Source of the DNA: Thalassobaculaceae bacterium | Lineage (GTDB): Bacteria; Pseudomonadota; Alphaproteobacteria; Thalassobaculales; Thalassobaculaceae | Direction of reading: 5' to 3' | Assembly: GCA_965228875.1 (NCBI GenBank) | Contig: OZ245843.1 | Span: forward strand, 62,001 to 126,000 | Length of the DNA: 64,000 nt | Shown here: positions 57,450 through 64,000 of the stretch, piece after piece | Layout: each line of letters starts with the position of its first letter | How positions within the stretch are numbered: the stretch's first letter is position 1 | Notes under the pieces: model-generated | Told to the model about the DNA's origin: nothing | Databases searched by the model: none | Seen by the model: the letters and a program-made list of their open reading frames with translations, nothing else | Program-made: the position numbers and the translations under genes

Positions 57450-57896
57450 TCAGGCCTTGAGGCTGCGCAGCATCCAGGCGGCCTTCTCGTGTGCCGTCAG
57501 GCGGCCGGTCAGCATGTCGGCGGACGCCGCGTCACCGGCCTGCTCGGCAGCGGCGACTCCGTTGCGCAGCGTGTCCGCCATGGTTTCGTGAGAGGCCAGC
57601 AGATCCGCGACCATCGCCGAGGCGTCGATGTTCTGCCTGGCGTCGGAGATGCCGGTCATGTCCAGATAGGCCTGCAGGCCGCCTGGAGCGGGCGCGCCAA
57701 GCGCACGGATGCGCTCCGCCAGGTCGTCGACCGCGGCCAGGGCGTCGTTATACTGTTCCTCGAACAGCGAATGCAGGCCGAAGAAATCCGGGCCTTCCAC
57801 ATTCCAATGGTAGTTCTGGGTCTTCAGGGCCAGGGAGTACGTGTCGGCCAGGCTCTGTTCCAGAGCGGCGATGACCGGGCTGCTGTTCGTGGACAT
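57450..57896 (-). CDS. dps: Dps DNA-protection ferritin-like protein
   Basis: KTQNYHWNVEG..F..LH.LFEEQY, DDLAERI, HEKAAWML. Confidence 0.96.
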   Translation of the reverse strand: MSTNSSPVIAALEQSLADTYSLALKTQNYHWNVEGPDFFGLHSLFEEQYNDALAAVDDLAERIRALGAPAPGGLQAYLDMTGISDARQNIDASAMVADLLASHETMADTLRNGVAAAEQAGDAASADMLTGRLTAHEKAAWMLRSLKA

Positions 57897-57978
57897 TCCA
57901 GGTCCCTCCGTTGCGGTCGTTCTGTAGAAGCATGACGCCCCATTCGGGCACCTTCGGGATATGGTTCTCGACCACGAA

Positions 57979-58012
57979 ATAGGCCAATCGATAAATCACA
58001 CCAATGTGATAG
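57979..58012. promoter_or_regulatory. Probable OxyR/LysR operator
   Basis: AT-rich ATAG..ATAA-N7-CAAT..ATAG containing T-N11-A between divergent dps and oxyR. Confidence 0.5.
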
Positions 58013-58021
58013 TTTGACACT

Positions 58022-58990
58022 ATGAGTTTGCACGGTCTCAGTCTGCGCGATCTGGAGTACCTGGTGGCGGTGGCCGATCACGGCCATTTCGGCCGGGCGG
58101 CCGACGCCTGCCACGTCAGTCAGCCGTCGCTTTCCGCCGGCGTCAGAAAGATCGAGGAGGCGCTCGGATACCGCGTGTTCGAGCGAACCAGCCGAAAGGT
58201 TCTTCTGACCCAGAAGGGCGCCGCCGCGGTCGACCGCGCGAGGACCGTCATCGACGCAGCCCGGAAGTTTCTGGCGGGGGATCCGGGCTCCGACGATCCG
58301 CTGTCGGGCCGTTTCGTCCTGGGAGCGATCGCGACCGTGGGACCGTACCTGTTCCCGCACGTCCTGGGCGCCCTGCGGCAGGAGCATCCCTATCTCGACC
58401 TCATCATCGAGGAAGGCCTGACCGACAATCTCGTCGAGCGCCTGCGGGACGGCAGCCTTGACGCGGTGATCCTGTCGCCGCCGGTGGCCGATGACGGTCT
58501 GATCGTCGAGCCGTGCTACCGCGAGCGATTTCAACTCGTTGAGGCGGCGCGGGGCAAGCCGTCGCAGCTGCCGGTGGACCTGGCCGAGCTCGACCTGCGG
58601 GATGCCGTGCTGCTGGAGGACGGTCACTGCCTGCGCGATCAGACGCTGTCGGTCTGCGCAACGGCCGGGATCCGGCCGCGACAGACGGCGATGAGCCTGG
58701 AGACCCTGAAGGCGATGGTCGCCGCGGGTGCCGGCTTCAGTCTGATACCCGAGACCGCGATCGACAGCACCCTGGGCGATCTCATCCGATATCGAACTTT
58801 CAACGACCCGCGCATCGGACGGACCGTCGCTCTGGCCTGGCGGCGCAGCCGAGGCGAGGATCGCGACGTGCGGGCCCTGCTCGACCTGCTGCGCCGGGTC
58901 CGGCCGCCGGGCGCGACCCCCGTGCTGGACGTTGACCGAAAGCGGGAGCCGGCGGATGACCGGACTCTCCAGCCAGGAGCTCCGGCGTGA
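58022..58990 (+). CDS. oxyR: H2O2-sensing LysR regulator OxyR
   Basis: HFGRAADACHVSQP HTH; LEDGHCLRDQTLSVC with both redox Cys nine residues apart. Confidence 0.92.
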   Translation: MSLHGLSLRDLEYLVAVADHGHFGRAADACHVSQPSLSAGVRKIEEALGYRVFERTSRKVLLTQKGAAAVDRARTVIDAARKFLAGDPGSDDPLSGRFVLGAIATVGPYLFPHVLGALRQEHPYLDLIIEEGLTDNLVERLRDGSLDAVILSPPVADDGLIVEPCYRERFQLVEAARGKPSQLPVDLAELDLRDAVLLEDGHCLRDQTLSVCATAGIRPRQTAMSLETLKAMVAAGAGFSLIPETAIDSTLGDLIRYRTFNDPRIGRTVALAWRRSRGEDRDVRALLDLLRRVRPPGATPVLDVDRKREPADDRTLQPGAPA

Positions 58991-59955
58991 TCCGCGACGA
59001 CCTGTTTCCGGAAATCGCCAGCCGGCGAAGCGGCTACCACTATGCCGGCGACGGCCACTCCATCTACTGGGAGGAAAGCGGCGCGCGCGACGGGATTCCG
59101 GTGGTCTTCCTGCACGGCGGACCCGGGTCGGGCACCTCGCCGACACAGCGCCGCTTCTTCGACCCCCGTGCCTACAGGATCATCCTGTTCGACCAGCGCG
59201 GCGCCGGACGATCGCGGCCCCGTGCCGAGATTTCGGCGAACACGACGCCGCACCTCATCGCCGACATGGAAGCGCTGCGGGAACTCCTGGAGATCGAGTC
59301 GTGGTTGGTCTTCGGCGGCTCCTGGGGCGCGACACTGGCCCTGGCCTACGGTCAGGCCCACCCCCAGCGGTGTCTGGGGTTCGTGCTCCGCGGGGTCTTT
59401 CTCGGCCGGGCCTCGGAGATTCAGTGGTTCATGACCGGCATTCGGGCGTTCTTTCCCGAGGTCTGGCGCGAGTTTGCGGAGTTCATCCCGACCGGCGAAC
59501 GCGACGACCTGCTGGGCGCCTATCACCGCCGACTGACCGACGAGGACCCGGACGTCCATCTGCCGGCGGCCCGGCGCTGGGCGCGGTACGAAGCTTCCTG
59601 TTCGGCGCTGCTGCCCGAGCCCGACCAGCTCTGGCCGGTCGACGACCCCAGCTACGCCCTGGGTCTGGCGCGCCTCGAAGCCCACTACTTCCGCAACGGA
59701 ATGTTTCTGCCGGCGGGTGGCCTGCTGGCGGGCATGGAGCGGATCCGGCACCTCCCTGCGGCCATCGTGCAGGGACGATACGACATGATCTGCCCGCCCT
59801 CGAGCGCGGAGGCGCTCTCCCGCGTGTGGCCCGGCGCCGAACTGATCTACGCGCCGGACGCCGGTCACGCGGCGATGGAGCCGGGGATCCGACGGGCTCT
59901 GGTCCGGGCGACCGAACGTTTCAAGACCTCGCTGCGCCAGCCGGTCCGCGCCTGA
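58987..59955 (+). CDS. pip: Proline iminopeptidase
   Basis: LHGGPG, FDQRGAGRS, GGSWG, QGRYD, AGH; GTGA overlap with oxyR. Confidence 0.95.
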   Translation: MIRDDLFPEIASRRSGYHYAGDGHSIYWEESGARDGIPVVFLHGGPGSGTSPTQRRFFDPRAYRIILFDQRGAGRSRPRAEISANTTPHLIADMEALRELLEIESWLVFGGSWGATLALAYGQAHPQRCLGFVLRGVFLGRASEIQWFMTGIRAFFPEVWREFAEFIPTGERDDLLGAYHRRLTDEDPDVHLPAARRWARYEASCSALLPEPDQLWPVDDPSYALGLARLEAHYFRNGMFLPAGGLLAGMERIRHLPAAIVQGRYDMICPPSSAEALSRVWPGAELIYAPDAGHAAMEPGIRRALVRATERFKTSLRQPVRA

Positions 59956-60043
59956 AGACGGTCGCGCCGCTTGATGATGGGGGCCTGCTCATTATGATGC
60001 CGCTCCGATAGCCCGTTCCGTGGCCTCGTCCGGGGATGGAGCC

Positions 60044-60574
60044 ATGCCGCAGCCCGGGAGACAGACCTTGCGCCACTCATTCCTCGTCCTGCTTCTCGCC
60101 ATCGGCGTGATGGCCGCCGGCGCCGCGCGCGCCGAGGAGCCGGATTTCGTGACCTTCGGCGCCGGCTACTACGACCTGTTCGACGACCAGGCGGCGGCCG
60201 AGGCCCGATTTGAGTACCGCTTCTCCGAAGCCAACAAACTGCTGTGGTTCACCCCGTTCGCCGGTTTCACTGCGACGTCGGATGCCGCCACGTACGGCTA
60301 TGCGGGGATCGCGGTCGATGTGTTCTTCGGATCGCGCTGGGTGGCGACGCCCACCTTCGCCGCCGGCCTCTACGGAAACGGCGAGGGCAAGGATCTCGGC
60401 CACGCGATCGAGTTCCGCTCGGGGCTGGAGATCGCCTACCGCTTCGACGATTACTCCCGGCTCGGCCTGTCGTTCACCCATATCTCGAACGCCGGTATCG
60501 GCGACCGCAATCCCGGCGTTGAATCCCTGGTGCTGTTCTACGCCGTGCCGTTCGACACCCTGTTCGCCGACTGA
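60044..60574 (+). CDS. PagL-like lipid A deacylase / acyloxyacyl hydrolase outer-membrane barrel
   Basis: Signal peptide, alternating beta strands, HISNAG catalytic motif, NPGVE. Confidence 0.82.
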   Translation: MPQPGRQTLRHSFLVLLLAIGVMAAGAARAEEPDFVTFGAGYYDLFDDQAAAEARFEYRFSEANKLLWFTPFAGFTATSDAATYGYAGIAVDVFFGSRWVATPTFAAGLYGNGEGKDLGHAIEFRSGLEIAYRFDDYSRLGLSFTHISNAGIGDRNPGVESLVLFYAVPFDTLFAD

Positions 60575-60589
60575 GCGCAGCCCCCGGGG

Positions 60590-61279
60590 ATGCCGGATCC
60601 GATCCCCCTGCGACCGGGAGGGTCGATGCCGCCGTCGCCGGCGCGGTCGTGGCCGCCGGTCGCCACGCTGGCCATCGTGGGCGTGCTCGCCGCGGTCTAC
60701 TTCTGGCAGAGCGGGCTCGATCCCTACGGCGATATGGCGGCGGTGCACGGCCTCGGTGTCATACCCGCCGAACTGTTCGGTCTGCGTCTGCCGGCGCCGC
60801 AGATCGCCGGCGTGCCGCCCGCGGCCACGTTGCTGACCGCCCAGTTCCTGCATGGCGGCTTCATGCACCTCTTCGGCAACGCCGCGGCGATCGTCCTGGC
60901 CGGGATCCTGGTCGAGCGCCGGGCGGGGCCGCTGCGGGTGCTCTACGTGTTTTTCGCCGCCGGGACCATCGGCCTCGGCGTGGAGGCGGCAGCGGAACCG
61001 GATGCGACCGCGCCGATCATCGGGGCCAGCGCCGGAGCGGCCGGACTGATCGGAGCGGTCCTGCGTCGCGATCCGAAGGGGCGCCTGCGGCTGCCCATGC
61101 CGGGCCGTGGCGGCGTGCGACGTCGGGACGTGCCGGCGCTGCCGCTGATCGGAGTTTGGCTGATCGTCCAGGTTGCCGGGATCGCCTTCGCGGCCGGCGA
61201 ACCGGTCGCGTTTCTGGCCCACGGCGCCGGCTTCGTGGCCGGGGCGCTCCTCGCCGGACGCCCCTACGCTCTCACATGA
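60590..61279 (+). CDS. Rhomboid intramembrane serine protease
   Basis: FLHGGFMHLFGN, GASAG, AHGAG. Confidence 0.9.
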   Translation: MPDPIPLRPGGSMPPSPARSWPPVATLAIVGVLAAVYFWQSGLDPYGDMAAVHGLGVIPAELFGLRLPAPQIAGVPPAATLLTAQFLHGGFMHLFGNAAAIVLAGILVERRAGPLRVLYVFFAAGTIGLGVEAAAEPDATAPIIGASAGAAGLIGAVLRRDPKGRLRLPMPGRGGVRRRDVPALPLIGVWLIVQVAGIAFAAGEPVAFLAHGAGFVAGALLAGRPYALT

Positions 61280-62447
61280 TGGTCGAGGGGGCCGAGGCCT
61301 CCAGTTTCAGCAGCTTCTCCAGCCCCGGCGCCAGGTCGGACTGAACGAACTCGGCGCGCTTGTGCGGACTGCCGGTGTGGCTGGGAAACTTGGTTTCCCA
61401 GGCGTTCAACTTGACGGTCAGTCCGCAGAGGACGCCGCCGATGGTCTCGTGATGGCTGGTGATCAGGGTGTGCAGCTTCTGGAAGCTCTCCATCGAGATG
61501 TTGTCCCAGAAGGTCTGGGAGTTCCGGTCGAAGGATTCGAACCGGCCGGTGATGGACCCGAGAATCTCGTTCAGGCCGTTGCGCACCAGTTCGCACCGAT
61601 CCATCAGCTGGCGGTTGTCGCGCAGGATCGTGTCCTGGATCTCGTCCATCCAGTCGACGAGTTGATCGAACTTCGGCACCACCTCGTCCAGGCAGCGCCG
61701 GAAATACGACAGAGACAGATAGATGTCGCCGTACTTCTCGAGGAAGTCCGGGATCTCGGCGACGGTGATGTTCATCATCGTGGCGATCTTCTGCATGTTC
61801 TTGAGCGCGACCTTGCGGTCGACGTTGGTGAACATCTCGATGATCTGGCCGGAGTTCTCGGCGTTGTCGTGCTGGGCGCCGAACACATTCACCACCAAGG
61901 GACGGGTGAACGATTTCATGTAGTCGGTGAGGCGCCCCTCCATCGCCGGCGACAGGGTCAGGTCGGAGGCCTGTCGGACGTCGATCTTCAGGTCGCGCAG
62001 CGAGTTCCGCAGCGAGAACACGTCGAAGCTGTTCAGTTCGACGAGTTCGTGGAGGACCGCCATGTCGGCCTCGAGATCCGCCTCTTCGGCGCCGATGAAG
62101 TCGGGCAGATCACGGACCTTGATGAGGCCGGCGCCGGTGCTGCCGTCGTTGAACAGTTCGAGTTCAGAGGTGAGTTGAGCGGTCTTGACCAGCCGCGCCC
62201 GCGCCAGCCCCGGAAGCCGCAGCGGTACGATCCGCAGCGGCATGGTGTGCAGCGAGTCCCGGTCAATGTCTGTGAGGTCGTCGAGAATGGCGAGGCTCTG
62301 CGGTTCCGCTTCGGCGAGGGAACCATGATCCGACGGTTGCGATACCTCAAGGTCAAATCGACACCCGGTTTCGCTGCCGGCCCGGCCGCGTCCGGGCTCT
62401 TGCCCGGCGCGCCCGCATGGCCAAATATAGAGGCATGGAAAATGCAA
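61272..62447 (-). CDS. Helical hypothetical protein (true start probably downstream, near 62330)
   Basis: Strong coding-like codon usage from about 62330; the 5' part overlaps the hspQ promoter. Confidence 0.75.
   Translation of the reverse strand: MHFPCLYIWPCGRAGQEPGRGRAGSETGCRFDLEVSQPSDHGSLAEAEPQSLAILDDLTDIDRDSLHTMPLRIVPLRLPGLARARLVKTAQLTSELELFNDGSTGAGLIKVRDLPDFIGAEEADLEADMAVLHELVELNSFDVFSLRNSLRDLKIDVRQASDLTLSPAMEGRLTDYMKSFTRPLVVNVFGAQHDNAENSGQIIEMFTNVDRKVALKNMQKIATMMNITVAEIPDFLEKYGDIYLSLSYFRRCLDEVVPKFDQLVDWMDEIQDTILRDNRQLMDRCELVRNGLNEILGSITGRFESFDRNSQTFWDNISMESFQKLHTLITSHHETIGGVLCGLTVKLNAWETKFPSHTGSPHKRAEFVQSDLAPGLEKLLKLEASAPSTIM
62399..62428 (+). promoter_or_regulatory. Sigma32-type promoter of hspQ
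   Basis: CTTG-N18-CCAAATAT. Confidence 0.65.
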
Positions 62448-62470
62448 CCGACGCCCTGTCAGGCGGGAAA

Positions 62471-62797
62471 ATGAAGATCGTCGAGCCGAAATTCTCGATT
62501 GGCGCCGTGGTCAAGCACCGGCACTACGACTTCCGTGGGGTGGTGTTCGACATCGATCCCGAGTTCGCCAACACCGAGGAGTGGTACAACTCCATTCCGG
62601 AGGAGCGCCGGCCGCGCCGGGACCAGCCGTTCTATCATCTGTTCGCGGAGAACCCGCAGAGCTACTACATCGCCTATGTCTCCGAGCAGAACCTGGTCGA
62701 CGACGCGTCCAACGGCCCGGTCGATCATCCCCAGATCGGCGAGATGTTCCGGTCAATCGGCGACGGTCGCTACGTGATGCGACAGATCAACGCCTGA
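62471..62797 (+). CDS. hspQ: Heat shock protein HspQ (YccV-like)
   Basis: KFSIG.VVKH...FRGVVFDIDP, QPFYHL, AYVSEQNL; start could be 62435. Confidence 0.93.
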   Translation: MKIVEPKFSIGAVVKHRHYDFRGVVFDIDPEFANTEEWYNSIPEERRPRRDQPFYHLFAENPQSYYIAYVSEQNLVDDASNGPVDHPQIGEMFRSIGDGRYVMRQINA

Positions 62798-62811
62798 TCC
62801 GACGCACCGGC

Positions 62812-63852
62812 CTATCCCGCCTGACGTCCGGCGACCGCTCTCGGGTCTCCCGCGAAGGCGCGTTCGGCTTCCTTCAGCGTTGCCATGATCTGGCGCCCGG
62901 TCGGGCCGCCGTCATCGTCGATCCGGTGCTTCAGGGCGGCACCGACGCCGTCGAGGTGGGCGCGCAGAAAGGCGACGAGACGCGGCCCCAGGCTGTGCTT
63001 GCCCGAACTGTACTGCGCCAGGGAGCCGGTGATCGCCCCGAGCAGCGTGAGCCCTCGCTGGGTTGAAAGCCGGGTGGAGGCTGACGCCTGGCCGTTGAGG
63101 TGCGACAGCAACGGCGGGGCCAGTGTGGCCTGCAACTCGCTCCAGGTCTTTCCCATGACCGCGCTCTGCCGACCGATCATCGACAGTCCCTCGCGCTTCT
63201 TGCGACCGATATGGCCGAGGGCGGGCAGCACCGTGCTGCGCGGCAGGCCATTACGCAGGGCCAGCGCGGGGCTGGAGCCGATGCCGGGGAACCGCTTGAA
63301 ACGGAAGCCGATGGTCTCGGCCGCAATGTCGTAGCGCCCGGCGGTGGAAGCGATCGCCTGCTCCGGCAGGGCGGACGCTCGCCGCTCCGGCGCCTTCGCA
63401 TCGCTGGCCCGGCGGCGGTCGGGGCCGACATAGCCGCCGCAGACGATGAAGTCGGCACGGTCGGTCGGCCAGGCGCGCAGCGCGCCCGCCAGGGCCTGCC
63501 GGTTGAACGGTCGGCTCAGCGTCAACAGGCAGCCGGCGCGTATGGTCTGACGAAGGTCGCTCTGCGTGATGGCGTCACCGAGCAGGCCCATGGCGAGGCC
63601 GGGGTAGGGGCTTTCCGGGTCGCGGCGCACGAACTGGATCACGGACTGCGCCGGTTCCGGACCGATATCGCGGTCGATCAGCGCCAGGGCAATGCGGTGT
63701 CGCGGGTCGCGGAGCCGTTCCGTCGCGGCCCGAGAGGTCGCCACCCGCTCTATCCTTTCAGCGCTCATCGATGGACAGGCGTCGAGCAGGCGCATGACAT
63801 CGGCGTCGCTGCCGCCCGCGAGAAGGATCCGTTCAACGTCCTGTGTGCCCAT
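62812..63852 (-). CDS. Degenerate receiver domain + arginine-rich motif + helical C-terminal domain (Cle-like)
   Basis: IALALIDRD, SRPF, GYVGPDRRR. Confidence 0.75.
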   Translation of the reverse strand: MGTQDVERILLAGGSDADVMRLLDACPSMSAERIERVATSRAATERLRDPRHRIALALIDRDIGPEPAQSVIQFVRRDPESPYPGLAMGLLGDAITQSDLRQTIRAGCLLTLSRPFNRQALAGALRAWPTDRADFIVCGGYVGPDRRRASDAKAPERRASALPEQAIASTAGRYDIAAETIGFRFKRFPGIGSSPALALRNGLPRSTVLPALGHIGRKKREGLSMIGRQSAVMGKTWSELQATLAPPLLSHLNGQASASTRLSTQRGLTLLGAITGSLAQYSSGKHSLGPRLVAFLRAHLDGVGAALKHRIDDDGGPTGRQIMATLKEAERAFAGDPRAVAGRQAG

Positions 63853-63913
63853 CGTCACCGCTCCGTTCGAGAATGGATACGGGGTCACCGGCAAGACCTG
63901 TGCCGGTCATGCG

Positions 63914-63921
63914 TTAACCAT
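63914..63921. promoter_or_regulatory. CtrA half-site
   Basis: TTAACCAT upstream of the Cle-like gene, next to three GANTC sites. Confidence 0.5.
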
Positions 63922-64000
63922 TGGGTGCAATGGAGTCCGCGTGGTGCCCGCGTTGAGTCGGCGCGGGCGCGTGTCGCAGGGTGGAAATGGATTCCGCGCG

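Overview
High-GC (roughly 68-70%) chromosomal window from an alphaproteobacterium. Gene content (CarD, RpoH paralogue, Usg, stand-alone PAS_5-like proteins, TPR-sulfotransferases, Cox15-type heme A synthase) suggests Rhodospirillales; this is inference. It holds about 58 protein-coding genes and no recognisable rRNA, tRNA, CRISPR, prophage or IS. Main blocks: prfB (5'-truncated); amidase and two beta-hydroxyacid dehydrogenases; groESL with CIRCE and a sigma32-type promoter; ferredoxin plus reductase divergent from ctaA; DinG helicase; class III cyclase, Lrp and LysE; a putative iron-regulated locus; glgX-malQ-glgP-glgB; two TPR-sulfotransferases; znuA/znuCB with a Zur box; htpG; helicase-hslR...fdxA-carD; a pseudophosphatase; rpoH2 with an RpoE(ChrR)-type promoter; dps/oxyR; pip, pagL-like, rhomboid; hspQ; and a Cle-like c-di-GMP effector. 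No clear-cut new multi-gene system is provable from sequence alone. The best leads are the metal-ligand-free phosphoesterase between carD and rpoH2, the Fdx/FNR-Cox15 pairing, the double Fur-like-box CxxC locus, the Cle-like pseudo-receiver, the cyclase lacking its ATP-specifying Lys, and phased 11-bp repeats upstream of groES. All calls rest on motif reading and recalled family knowledge; no searches were run.
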